A program made the translations under genes and the position numbers. DNA of 64,000 bases from Squalus acanthias (lineage: Eukaryota), in contig CM059431.1 in the NCBI GenBank assembly GCA_030390025.1, positions 139,874,001 to 139,938,000 of the forward strand, in the 5' to 3' direction. Shown here piece after piece: positions 49,631 through 62,446 of this stretch. Position 1 is the stretch's first letter. Each line of letters opens with the position of its first letter. Under the pieces are notes generated by a model. The model ran no database searches and had not been told where the DNA came from. It saw nothing but the letters and a program-made list of their open reading frames with translations.

Positions 49631-52540
49631 GGGTGTGGGGCTGGGTCAGTGGGGTGTGGGTGTGGGGCTGGGTCAGTGGGGTGTGGGTGTGGGGCTGGGT
49701 CAGTGGGGTGTGGGTGTGGGGCTGGGTCAGTGGGGTGTGGGTGTGGGGCTGGGTCAGTGGGCTGTGGGGCTGGGTCAGTGGGGTGTGGGTGTGGGGCTGG
49801 GTCAGTGGGGTGTGGGTGTGGGGCTGGGTCAGTGGGGTGTGGGTGTGGGGCTGGGTCAGTGGGGTGTGGGTGTGGGGCTGGGTCAGTGGGGCGTGGGTGT
49901 GGGGCTGGGTCAGTGGGCTGTGGGGCTGGGTCAGTGGGGTGTGGGTGTGGGGCTGGGTCAGTTGGGTGTGGGTGTGGGTCTGGGTCAGTGGGGTGTGGGT
50001 GTGGGGCTGGGTCAGTGGGGTGTGGGTGTGGGGCTGGGTCAGTGCGGTGTGGGGCTGGGTCAGTGGGGTGTGGGTGTGGGGCTGGGTCAGTGGTGTGTGG
50101 GGCTGGGTCAGTGGGGTGTGGGGCTGGGTCAGTGGGGTGTGGGGCTGGGCCAGTGGGGTGTGGGGCTGGGTCAGTGGGGTGTGGCTGTGGGGCTGGGTCA
50201 GTGGGGTGTCTGTGTGGGACTGGGTCAGTGGGGTGTCGGTGTTGGGCTGGGTCAGTGGAATGTTGGTGTGTGGTCGATAGGTTGTCGGGGCTGGGTCAGT
50301 GGGGTGTCGGCGTGGGGCTGGGTCAGTGGGGTGTCGGCGTGGGGCTGGGTCAGTGGGGTGTGGGTGTGGGGCTGAGTCAATGGCATGTTGGTGTGGGGTA
50401 AATGGGTTGTCGGGGCTGGGTCAGTGGGGTGTCGGCGTGGGGCTGGGTCAGTGGGGTGTGGGTGTGGGGCTGGGTCAGTGGGGTGTGGGTGTGGGGATGG
50501 GTCAGTGGGGTGTCGGTGTGGGGCTGGGTCAGTGGGGTGTGGGGCTGGGTCAGTGGGGTGTGGGAGTGGGGCTGGGTCAGGTGGGTGTGGGGCTGGGTCA
50601 GTGGGGTGTGGGTGTGGGGCTGGGTCAGTGGGGTGTGGGTGTGGGGCTGGGTCAGTGGGGTGTGGGGCTGTGTCAGTGGGGTGTGGGGCTGGGTCAGTGG
50701 GGTGTGGGTGTGGGGATGGGTCAGTGGGGTGTCGGTGTGGGGCTGGGTCAGTGGGGTGTGGGGCTGGGTCAGTGGGGTGTGGGAGTAGGGCTGTGGCAGG
50801 TGGGTGTGGGGCTGGGTCAGTGGGGTATGGGTGTGGGGCTGGGTCAGTGGGGTGTGTGTGTGGGGCTGGGTCAGTGGGGTGTGGGGCTGTGTCAGTGGGG
50901 TGTGGGTGTGGGGCTTGGTCAGTGGGGTGTGGGTGTGGGGCTGGGTCAGTGGGGTGTCGGTGTGGGGCTTGGTCAGTGGGGTGTGGGGCTGGGTCAGTGA
51001 GGTGTGGGGCTGGGTCAGTGGGGTGTGGGTGTGGGGCTGGGTCAGTGGGGTGTGGGGCTGGGTCAGTGGGGTGTGGGGCTGGGTCAGTGGGGTGTGGGTG
51101 TGGGGCTGGGTAAATGGGGTGTGGGTGTGGGGCTGGGTCAGTGGGGTGTGGGTGTGGGGCTGGGTCAGTGGGGTGTGGGTGTGGGGCTGGGTCAGTGGGG
51201 TGTGGGTGTAGGGCTGGGTCAGTGGGGTGTGGGTGTGGGGCTGGGTCAGTGGGGTGTGGGCTGTGTCAGTGGGGTGTGGGTGTGGGGCTGGGTCAGTGGG
51301 GTGTGGTTGTGGGGCTTTGTCAGTGGGGTGTGGTTGTGTGGCTGGGTCAGTGGGGTGTGGGTGTGGGGCTGGGTCAATGGGGTGTGGGTGTGGGGCTGAG
51401 TCAATGGGGTGTGGGTGTGGGGCTGGGTCAGTGGGGTGTGGGTGTGGGGCTGGGTCAGTGGGGTGTGGCTGTGGGGCTGGGTCAGTGGGGTGTGGGGCTG
51501 GGTCAGTCGGGTGTGGGTGTGGGGCTGGGTTGTGGGGTGTGGGTGTGGGGCTGGGTCAGTGGGGTGTGGGTGTGGGGCTGGGTCAGTGGGGTGTGGGTGT
51601 GGGGCTGGGTCAGTGGGGTGTGGGGCTGGGTCAGTGGGGTGTGGGCGTGGGGCTGGGTCAGTGGGGTGTGGGTGTGGGGCTGGATCAGTGGGGTGTGGGT
51701 GTGGGGCTGGGTCAGTGGGGTGTGGGGCTGGGTCAGTGGGGTGCAGGTGTGGGGCTGGGTCAGTGTGGTGCTGGGTCAGTGGTGTGTCGGTGTGGGGCTG
51801 GGTCAGTGGGGTGTGGGTGTGGGGCTGGGTCAGTGCGGTGTGAGGCTGGGTAAGTGGGGTGTGGGGCTGGGTCAGTGGGGTGTGGGGCTGGGTCAGTGGG
51901 GTGTGGGGCTGGGTCAGTGGGGTGTGGGGCTGGGACAGTGTGGTGTGGGGCTGGGTCAGTGGGGTGTGGGTGTGGGGCTGGGTCAGTGGGGTGTCTGTGT
52001 GGGGCTGGGTCAGTGGGGTGTGGGGCTGGGTCAGTGGGGTGTCGGTGTTGGGCTGGGTCAGTGGAATGTTGGTGTGGGGTCAGTGAGGTGTGGGGCTGGG
52101 TCAGTGGGGTGTCGGTGTGGGGCTGGGTCAGTGGGGTGTCGGTGTGGGGCTGGGTCAGTGGGGTGTCGGTGTGGGGCTGGGTCAGTGGGGTGTCGGTGTG
52201 GGGCTGGGTCAGTGGGGTGTCGGTGTGGGGCTGGGTCAGTGGAATGTTGGTGTGGGGTCGATAGGTTGTCGGGGCTGGGTCAGTGGGGTGTCGGCGTGGG
52301 GCTGGGTCAGTGGGGTGTGGGTGTGGGGCTGAGTCAGTGGCATGTTGGTGTGGGGTAAATGGGTTGTCGGGGCTGGGTCAGTGGGGTGTCGGCGTGGGGC
52401 TGGGTCAGTGGAATGTTGGTGTAGGGTCGATGGGTTGTCGGGGCTGGGTCAGTGGGGTGTGGGTGTGGGGCTGGGTCAGTGGGGTGTCGGCGTGGGGCTG
52501 GGTCAGTGGGGTGTCGGTGTGGGGCTGGGCCAGTGGGGTT
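49631..52540 (+). repeat. G-rich 27/21-bp minisatellite (GGGGCTGGGTCAGTGGGGTGTGGGTGT)
   Basis: Interspersed 27-bp and 21-bp variants, from the same family as 14436-15982. Confidence 0.95.
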
Positions 52541-52648
52541 TTGCTGTTTGGCTGTGTTAATGGGATGGATGAACAGCAGCACGTAAACTGTATAGGGTCG
52601 GTCAGAGGGCAAGCTCCTGGTTACAGAGCCTCACTGCAAAGAAACGAT

Positions 52649-53350
52649 GTCCCAGATATTCTGATTCCCTACGGGTTGGTACGCGCTGTGTACCCACCCG
52701 TAGGGACATCGGAAATGTCGGTTTCAGGCACACGCTGAAAACCGGCATTTCCGATTTTTCAAGAATGCTCTTGACAGATCCTCCGGCTGCTCTCGAGAAG
52801 GGTCTCTGCGGGCGGATAGTTCAGCTTTTTGGAAATCCTGCACCTGCAGAAAACCCTTACAATTCTTACGCCTGTTAAAAGCAGGATAAGAGTTGAAAAA
52901 AGTAAAAAAAAACATTTTTCACTGATTTGTCATTTCAAAAGACTTTATTTCAGCCCTGTAAAAAAACTTTATTTTTTTCAAAAATTTAAATTTTTGTTTA
53001 AAATATTTAATTTATTGTAATTTTGTCATTTTAAAATGTGATTTAAAAAAAAATGCATTTCAAGTTTTACTATGTTTTTGGGGTGATCTCCATTCATATA
53101 TTTGACAGGCCTTCTTGTCAAGTGTATGAATGGAGATTCCCTTCTGTGATTGGCTCCCCATGGCCCACGTGATCCCAGGGACGCTGCGAACTGCCTGCGC
53201 CCCTGGGATACGTGGGCCCTGCGCACTTGGAGTTTGGTGAGGCCCAGGAGCGGAAGTGTGTGCTTCCCGGGAGCCCTCGGGTAAGTTCGTAGATTTTTCC
53301 AGATCGCAGTCCTCTGCACGCGGGAGGCCTGCGATCTGAAAATGAGGGCC
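52649..53350. mobile_element. Probable non-autonomous DNA element (MITE-like) with several internal hairpins and an AT-rich core
   Basis: Inverted repeats at 52667-52705, 52708-52755, 53086-53137 and 53300-53338. The termini are weakly inverted (gtcccagatattctgat / atctgaaaatgagggcc). Confidence 0.5.
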
Positions 53351-53789
53351 GATTTATTTAAGGTTAAGCTTGATAAACAAGAGGAAGAAAGGAATTGGAA
53401 GATTCTGCTGATAGGGTTAGATGAAGAGGGAAGGGCGGAGGTTCATGTGGAGTATAAACACAGGAATGGACTGTTTCTGAGCTCTACATTCTATGTAATT
53501 CCCTGTATTAAAAAAGGGAATTGACGGCGCTGCATTTTCTGAAGCAGTTTTGTAAAAAGAGAATATCGGAAGCTTTGCTCTAATTCTGTAACCTGCAACA
53601 AGCAAACCCCCCCGGTCGAACTGGGAGATTCCAGTTGCCTTGCCGGAGCATGTGGAATGTTTTGTGAAAGTGAAATGAGTTTAACAGTCCCTGTAACATT
53701 AAACCACAAATGAGATTTGTGTATTTCAGAGGAGAGACTTTGATCAAAGGGATGCACCCATTTGACATGTGGGTGAAGAGTTAGACAAG

Positions 53790-56700
53790 TTTATCTCCAT
53801 CTCCAGCCTCTATTTCCCCTCAATGTTTTGTCACCTCCCAAATCTATGCATTTCTTTCTCATAACTCCATGTTTGAATCTCCAATCGGGTTTCCGCGCCT
53901 GCCACAGCATTGAAATGGTAATAATCAAGGTCACAAATGAAACATTCTAAGACTGTGACCGTGATAAACTATCTCTCCTTGTTCTTCCTGACCTCTGCAG
54001 TCTTTGACGCGGTCGAGCATAACAACATCCTCCAACGCCTCTCCTCCGTTGTCCAGCTCAGTGGGACTGCCCTCACTTGGTTCCACTTTTACCCATTCAG
54101 TCGTACCCAGAGAATCTCCATCAACAGCTTCTCTTCCCTCTCCCGCACTGTTAACGCTGGAGTCCCCCATGGATCGCCCCTCGCCCCCTCCTATTTCTGT
54201 TGTACATGGAGACATTATCCGAAGACAAGAGATCAGCTATCACGTGTACCCTGACAACACTCTGCTCCACATCTCCACCACCTCTCTCCACCCATCCACT
54301 GCCTCTGCTTTCTCACGCTGCTTGACCGACATCCAGTCTGAGATGAAATACATATTTCTCAAATTAAACATTTGGAAGACCGAAGACATGGTCTTCACCC
54401 CTCGCCACGAATTCTGTTCCCTCGCCAATGATTCGATCCCCGTCCTAGTCTGTGTATCGGATTGAACTACACTGTTTGCAACCTCAACATTCGATTTCAC
54501 GTCAAGCTGAGCTTCTGACCCGATAGTCATAGAGTTATACAGCACAGAAAGAGGGCCATCGTGTCCGCGCCGGCCATCAAGCCCTGTCTATTCTAATCCC
54601 ATTTTCCAGCACTTGGTCCGTAGCCTTGTATGCTATGGTGTTTCAAGTGCTCATCAAAATGCTTCTTGAATGTTGTGAGGGTTCCTGCCTGTACCACCCT
54701 TTCAGGTAGTGAGTTTCAGATTCCAACCACGCTCTGGGTAAAAAGGTTTTTCCTCAAATCCCCTCTAAACCTCCTGCCCCTTACCTTGAAACTATGCCCC
54801 CTGGTTATTGACCCCTCTACTAAGGGGAAAAGTTCCTTTCTATCTATCATATCTATGCCCCTCATAATTTTGTACAACTCAATCAGGTCCCCCCTCAGCC
54901 CTCTCTGCTCTAAGGAAAACGACCCCAGCCTGTCCAGTCTCTCTTCATAGCTGAAGCGCTCCAGCCCAGGTAACATCCGGGTGAATTTCCTCTGCGCCCT
55001 CTCCAATGCAATCACATCCTTCCTATAGTGCGGCGACCAGAACTGCACACAGTATTCCAGCTGTGGCCTAACTAGCGTTTTGTACAGCTCCATCATAACC
55101 TCCGTGCTCTTATATTCTATGCCTCGGCTAATGAAGGCAAGTATCCCATAAGCCTTTTTAACCACCTTATCTACCTGTCCTGCTGCCTTCAGGGATCTAT
55201 GTACATGCACACCAAGGTCCCTCTGATCCTCTGTCCTTCCTAGGGTCCTACCATTCATTGTGTATTCCCTTGCCTTGTTAGTCCTCCCAAAATGCATCAC
55301 CTCATACTTTTCAGGGTTAAATTCCATTTGCCACTGTTCTGCCCATCTAACCATCCCGTCTATATCGTCCTGTAGCCTGAGGCTTCCATCCTCGCTATTT
55401 ACCACTCCACCAATTTTCGTGTCATCTGCGAACTTACTGATCATACCTCCTACATTCATATCTAAATCATTAATGTACACTACAAACAGCAAAGGACCCA
55501 GCACCGCTCCCTGCGGTACACCACTGGACACAGGCTTCCAGTCACAAAAACAACCTTCGACCATCACCCTCTGCCTCCTGCCACTAAGCCAATTTTGGAT
55601 CCAATGTGCCAAATTGCCCTGGATCCCATGGGCTCTTATCTTCTTGACCAGTCTCCCATGCGGGACTTTGTCAAAAGCCTTACTGAAGTCCATGTAGACC
55701 ACATCAACTGCACTACCCTCATCCACACACCTAGTCACCCCCTCGAAAAATTCAATCAAATTGGTCAGACATGATCTCCCCCTGACAAAGCCATGCTGAC
55801 TATTCTTGATTAATTCTTGCCTCTCCAAGTGGAGACTAATTCTGTCCCTCAGGATTTTTTCCAATAATTTCCCTACCACTGATGTTAGGCTCACTGGCCT
55901 GTAATTCCCTGGTTTATCCCTACCACCCTTCTTGAATAATGGTACTAAATTAGCTGTTCTCCAGTCCTCTGGCACCTCCTCTGTGGCCAAGAGGTTCTGA
56001 AAATTTGTGTCACAGCCTCTGCAATCGCCACCCTTGCCTCACACAGCAGCCTGGGATACATCTCGTCTGGGCCTGGGGATTTATCCACTTTTAAGCTCAC
56101 TAAAACTGCAAGTACCTCCTCTCTCTCAATCCTAATTTGTTCAAGTATATCACAATCCCCCCTGCCTGATTTCTATGCATACATTGTCCTTCTCCATAGT
56201 GAACACAGATGCACAATATTCATTTAAAACCCCACCTACATCTTCTGGCTCTACACACAGATTGCCACTTTGGTCCCTAATGGGCCCTACTCTTTCCCTG
56301 GTTATCCTCTTGCCCTTAATATACTTATAAAACACCTTGGGATTTTCCTTTATTTTGCCCACCAGTGTTATTTCATGCACCCTCTTCTCTCTCCTAATTT
56401 CTTTTTTAAGTACCCCCCTGCACTTTCTATACTCCTCCAGGGCTTCCACTGTTTTTAGTCCTTTTTATCTGCCAAAAGCCTTCATTTTTTTCCTAATCCA
56501 TTCTCGTATATCCCTTGACATCCAGGGTTGCATGGGCTTGTTGGTCCCACCCTTGACCTTTACGGGAACATGTTGCCATTGTACTCTCTCTATTTCCTTT
56601 CTGAAAGACTCCCACTGCTCTGATGTGGATTTTCCTACAAGTAGCTGATCCCAGTCCACTTTGGCCAGATCCTGCTTTATCATATTAAAATTGGCCTTCC

Positions 56701-59380
56701 CCCAATTTAGAACCTGTATTTCCGGTCCATCGTTCCCTTTTCCATGACTACCTTGAATCTCACCGAATTATGGTCACTGTCACCAAAATGCTCTCCCACT
56801 AATACTTCTACCACTTGCCCGGCTACATTCCCTAGAATTAGGTCCAGTACCGCCCCCTCTCTTGTAGGACTTTCTACATGCTGCCTCAAAAAGCTCTCCT
56901 GGATGCACTTTAAGAAGTCTGCACCCTTGAAGCCTTTTACACTCTGACTATCCCAGTTAAGATTGGGGAAGTTGAAATCCCCTACTATTATTACCGTATT
57001 ATTTCTACACTTCTCTGAGATTTGCCTACATATCTGTTCCTCTATCTCCCCCTGACTGTTTGGGGCCTATAGTACACTCCCAGCAAAGTGCTTGCCCCCT
57101 TTTTGTTTTTAAGTTCTACCCATATGGCCTCATTAGAGGAACCTTCTAAGATATCATCCCTCCTTACAGCAGTAATTGACTCCTTGATTAATATTGCGAC
57201 ACCCCCTCCTCTTTTACACCCCCCTCTGTCTCGCCTGAAGATTCTATACCTCGGAATATTGAGCTGCCAGTTCTGCCCCTCCCTCACCATGTCTCTATGA
57301 TAGCAACAATATCATACACCCATGTGTTCATCAACACCTTCAATTCATCTGCCTTACACGCAAGACTCCTTGCATTAAAATAAATGCCATCAAGCCTTGC
57401 CATACTCCCTTGTGCCGTTACATATTTGCTCTGCCTTCCAGGCTGACTTGTTTTTTCCTCTATATTTGGCTGTGCATCACCCCCTACTATAGCCCCACTC
57501 CGTATCCCACCCCCCTGCCAAGTTAATTTAAACCACCACCCCCCAACCCACCCCCAACAGTACTAACAAACCTTCCCGCAAGGATGTTGGTCCCATTCCG
57601 GTTCAGGTGCAACCCGTCCGACTTGTACAGGTCCCACCTTCCCCAGAAGCAGACCCAGTGATCCAGGAAACTAAAGCCCTCCCTGCTGCACCAACTGTTT
57701 AGCCATGCATTCATCTGCTCTATCCTCCTATTCCTATACTCACTAGCACGTGGCACCGGGAGTAATCCAGAGATTACAACCTTTGAGGTCCTGCTTTTTA
57801 ATCTGCTACCTAGCTCCCTAAATTCTTGTTACAGGACCACATCCCTCTTTCTACCTATGTCGTTGGTACCAATGTGAACCACGACCTCTGACTGTTCGCC
57901 CTCCCCCTTCAGAATGCCCTGCAGCCGTTCAGTGACATCCTTGACCCTGGCACCAGGGAGGCAACATACCATCCTGGAGTCACGTCTGCGGCCACAGAAA
58001 CGTCTATCTGTTCCCCTTACAATAGAATCCCATATCACTATTGCTCTCCCACTCTTTTTCCTCCCCTCCTGTGCAGCTGAGCCACTCGTAGTGCCACGGA
58101 CTTGGCTCTTGCTGCATTCTCCTGAGAAACCATCTCCCCCATCAGTATTCAAAACGGAAAATCTCTCGGAGAGGGAGATGGACCCAGGGGACTTCTGCAC
58201 TACCTTCCTAGTTCTGTTACTCTGTCTGGTGGTCACCCATTCCCTGTCTGCCTGTGCACTGTTTACCTGCGGTGTGACCACCTTGTTAAACGTGCTATCC
58301 ACGAAGATCTCCGCTTCGCAGATGCTCCACAGTGGCTCCAGCTCCGAAACGCGGATTTCGAGTAGCTGCAGCTGGAGACACTTCCTGCACATGTGTTCGC
58401 CTAAAGTGTCCCTGACTTCCAGCTGCCCTGCCATGTCCTACCCTTAATTTACTCCCTTTAAATTAAAGAATATTATATACACTGGGAACCTTACTTCCCT
58501 TTAAACACTACTTACTCTAAACTAGAGACCTTACTTTTACTTTAATGATTGGAATTTAGAAATACTCACCGCTGGTTCTCTGTCCCCTCTTGTGCAGCTT
58601 TTTAGCTCCTGCTCTCCTGGAAGTAGACAAAGATGGAAAAAGAAAGGAACACCTCCCTCCCCTCACTCCCTCACTCACCAAACTCGCAGCTTAACACTCT
58701 GTTCCTATCTGCACTCCGTGACAAACTGCACTCCAGCCTCCCTTATTCTCTCCATCACAAAGACTGCCTAAATCCAACTCCGTAGTATTATCCATCTTCG
58801 CCCCTGCATCAGCCCACCTGCTGCAAAGACCCTCGTCCATTCTTTTATCACCCGGAGACTCGATTTTTCCAGTGCTCTCCGGGTCACTTTACTCCTTTCA
58901 CTCTCCATAAACTTGAACACATCAAAAACTCTGCGCACCGATCACCCCGTCCTTGCGAACCTACATGGGCTCCCGGTCCCTCAGCACCTCCAAATTAAAA
59001 CTCCCATCCTCCAGTTTAAATCCGTAAATGGTCTCATCCCTCGCTCTCTCTGTAACCTCCTCCAGCCCTACAAACCCCAACCTCTCTATTCCTCCGACTC
59101 TGGCCACTTGTGTATTTCACTCTTTCCTCCCCCAATCTATGGCGGCTGTGCCTTCAGCTGTCCCGGCTCAATGCTCAGCAATTCCCCACCTAAACCTCTC
59201 CTCCTCCTTCCTCTTTTAAGACACTCTTAAAATTCACTTCTTTGATTATTCTTTGACCAGCCTTCCTTCTACCCGCTTTATTCAGCGTCCACCTTTTGTC
59301 TGATTCTACTCCTGTGAGGCGCCTTGCGATGTTTTTAGATGTTAAAAGCGCTGCAGAAATGTAAGATGTTGTGATGTGTT
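53790..59380 (+). mobile_element. L2 LINE (RT region to 3' end) split by a nested near-full-length CR1
   Basis: Left part reads LTSAVFDAVEHNNILQRL...AGVPHGSPLAP and YHVYPDNTLLHI. Right part from about 58743 reads DHPVLANLHGLPVPQ and ends with an L2-like 3' end. Confidence 0.78.
54526..58740 (-). mobile_element. Near-full-length CR1 LINE: 5' UTR, ORF1 (58434-57523), ORF2 (~57400-54620) and 3' UTR; inactivated
   Basis: ORF1 has CxxC and esterase motifs (DSIVRG, HIGTND, DGLHLN). ORF2 has endonuclease motifs (GVYYRP, GDFNFP, SDHN) and a 424-aa open RT (DFSKAFDKVPH, GVPQG, FADD). There are several stops and frameshifts. Confidence 0.95.
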
Positions 59381-59499
59381 GTACTCGTGTCAGCATGAGT
59401 GACACAGCAGATAACTGCATCTTAAAAGTTTTCAAACTTGGTTACAACTTAATTCTGGAGAATAACTTCAACTATATTTTGGAAAGAAATACTGACCCT

Positions 59500-59610
59500 A
59501 GACTGAGTCACTTTTACATTTTCCCAGTGGGGAAAGGAAAGGTTGCTGACTGAGAGTTTGATTGGACGCACGTGCGTGAGATCACACACAGCGAAACACG
59601 TGCACAAGTG
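59500..59610 (+). promoter_or_regulatory. Candidate regulatory motif cluster upstream of gene C
   Basis: TGAGTCA (59504-59510), inverted CCAAT GATTGG (59560-59565), palindrome ACGCACGTGCGT (59566-59577) and a second CACGTG (59597-59602). Confidence 0.3.
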
Positions 59611-59651
59611 GAGAATTGTGATTGTAAAACAGCAGTCAAATCTACCACTTA

Positions 59652-62080
59652 TAGTAGTGATAATGGGAGACTTAATTATCCTAATATAGACTGGGATAGT
59701 AACAGTGAAAAGCGCAGAGACGGGGAAGAATGTCTGAAGTGTGTTCAGCAGAACTTTCTTGATTCGTTCGTTTCCAGCCCAACGAGGAAGGAGGCATTGC
59801 TGGATCTGGGTTTGAGGAATGAGGTGGGTCAAGTGGAGCAAGTGTCAGTCGGAGAACATTTAGCGAACATTGATCACAGTATCATAAGATTTAGATTAGC
59901 TAGGGAAAAGGACAGGGAGCAATCTAGAGTAAAAAAATATTTAATTGGCAGAAGGCCAATTTCAGTGTGTTGAGAATGGATGGATAAATTGGAATAAAAT
60001 ATTGGGAGGCGAAATTGTAATCGAACAATGGGCTGCTTTTAAAGAGGAGATGGTTCGGGTACAGTCGAGGTACATTCCCACAAGGGGAAAAGGTAGGGCA
60101 ACCAAAATCAGAGCTCCCTGGATGACGAAAGAGACAGAGTAAGATGAAGCAGAAAAAGGATGTCGGGTTGAACCAGGCTGAATATATAAAGTTCAGAGGG
60201 GAAGCGAAAAAGGAAATAAGAGGGGCAAAGAGAGAGTATGAGAATAGACTGGCAGGTAACATAAAAGGAAATCCAAAAGTCTTCTATAGGCATATAAATA
60301 ATAAATGGGTAGTAAGAGGAGGGGTGAGGCCGATTAGGGACCAAAATGGAGAACTATGCTTGGAGGCAGAGGGAATGGCTGAGGTACTAAATGAGTACTT
60401 GGCATCTGTATTCATCAAGGAAGAAGATGCTGCCAAAGTCACAGTGAAAGAGTCGGTACTTGAGATACTGGATGGGATAAAATTTGATAAGGAGGAGGTA
60501 CTAGAAAGGCTGGCTGTACTTAAAGTAGATACGTCACCAGGACCGGATGGGATGCATACTAGGATGCTGTGGGAGGTAAGGGTAGAAATTGCGGAGGTAC
60601 AGGCCATAATCATCCAATCCTCCTTGGATACGGGGCTGGTGCCAGAGGACTGAAGAATTGCAAATGTTACACCCTTGTTCAAAAAAGGGTGTACGGATAA
60701 ACCCAGCAACGACAGGCCAGTCTGTTTAACTTCAGTACTGGGGAAGCTTTTAGAAACGATAATCCCGGGCAAAATTAACAGTCATTTGGACAAGTATGGA
60801 TTAATTAAGGAAAACCAGCACGAATTTGTTAAAGACAAATCGTGTTTAACTAACTTGATTGAGTTTTTTGATGAGATAACAGTGAGGGTTGATGAGGGCA
60901 ATGCAGTTCATGTGGTGTACATGGACTTCCAAAAGGCATTTGATAAAGTACCACATAAGTTGCCAGCAAAGTTGAAGCCCATGGAATAAAAGGGACAGTG
61001 GCAGCATGAATACGATATTGGCTAAGTGACAGGACAGAGAGAGTAGTGGTGAATGGTTGTTTTTCGGACTGGAGGAATGTACACAGCGGTGTTCCCCAGG
61101 GGCGGTACTAGGACCACTGCTTTTCTTGATATATATTAATGACTTAGACTTAGGTGCACAGGGCACAATTTCAAAATTTGCAGATGACCCAAAACTTGGA
61201 AGTATAGTGAACAGTGAGGAGGATAGTGATAGACTTAAAGAAGACATAGACAGGTTGGTGGAATGGGTGGCCACGTGGCAGAAGAAATTTATTGCAGAAA
61301 AGTACGAAATGATACATTTTGATTGGAAGAACGAGAAGAGGTAATATAAACTAAAGCTTGCAATTCTAAAGTGTGTGCATGAACAGAGAGACCTGGGGTA
61401 TACGTGCACAAATCGTTGAATGTGGCAGGGCAAGTTGAGAAAGCAGTTTTAAAAAAAAAACATACGGGATCCTGGGCTTCACAAACAGAGGTATAGAGTT
61501 CAAAAGCAAGGAAGTTATGATGAACCTTTATACAAAAACTGGTTCGGCCTCAACTGGAGTATTGAGTCCAATTCTGAGAACCGCACTTTAGGAAGGATGT
61601 GAAAGCCTTAGAGAAGATTCCTGGGGTGAGGGACTTCAGTTACATGGATAGACTGGAGAAGCTGGGGTTGTTCTCCTTAGAGCAGAGAAGTTTGAGAGGA
61701 GATTTGATTGAGGTGTTCAAATTCATGAGGGGGTGTCGACAGAGTAGATAGAGAGAAACTGTTCCCATTGGCGGAAGGGTCGAGAACCAGAGGACACAGA
61801 TTTAAGGTGATTGGCAGAAGAATCAAAGGCGACATGAGGAAAAACTTTTTTATGCAGCGAGTGGTTAGGATCTGGAATGCACTGCCTGAAAGGGTGATGG
61901 GGGCTGATTCAATCGTGGTTTTCAAAAGGGCATTGGATAAGTACCCGAAGGAAAAAAAATACATGGTTATGGGAAAAGAGTGGGTGAGTGGAACTGGCTG
62001 AAGTGCTCTTGCAGAGAGTCGGCACGGGCTCGATGGGCCCAATGGCCTCCTTATGTGCTGTAAACATTCTATGATTCTAC
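59652..62080 (+). mobile_element. 5'-truncated degraded CR1 (ORF2 and 3' UTR)
   Basis: Reads LNYPNIDW, KVDTSPGPDG, DFQKAFDKVPH and KFADD, with a ttctatgattcta tail. Confidence 0.92.
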
Positions 62081-62401
62081 TTTGCACGGGATCATAAGTC
62101 AGGTGTTGACACCATGAGAGATGCTCAATATATTTAAATAGAAACACCACCCAGGACACATCTCCATGAACACACGGACAATGTCACTGCCCATAGAGAC
62201 CAGAGGATCACACCCAGCTATATATTGTGTATATGGAGAGATATCATATTCATTAAATACCAGAATTTAATATCAAAACTCAACAAATCAAAAATATTAA
62301 AAACAAACCTGTGAATAAAAATAATCCAACACCGCCACACTGTGTAAATCCGAGTGAAGGATCATTGATTTTATCACCCCCTGCTTGTCATTTCCCTGCA
62401 G

Positions 62402-62446
62402 AATATTCTCCACCTCAGGAATAAGGCTGGTTTTGGCCTGCACTGT
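62402..62446 (+). other. Gene C 45-nt 5' UTR exon (paralogue of 14354-14310)
   Basis: Acceptor tttccctgcag and donor gtgagt, with high identity to the gene A exon. Confidence 0.7.

Noticed and set aside
49633..52738. Gly/Trp/Cys-rich ORFs resembling keratin-associated or eggcase proteins (also 14423-16165)
   Set aside because: All three frames are open because the 27/21-bp G-rich unit has no stops. There is no real start, signal peptide or preferred frame.
55260..55697. Antisense ORFs over LINEs (also 23931-24556, 26765-27193, 60284-61433)
   Set aside because: These are shadow frames of CR1 ORF2 with no independent support.
54716..55990. Active reverse transcriptase or a novel RT system
   Set aside because: It is an ordinary CR1 ORF2 segment, cut off from the endonuclease by frameshifts and stops.
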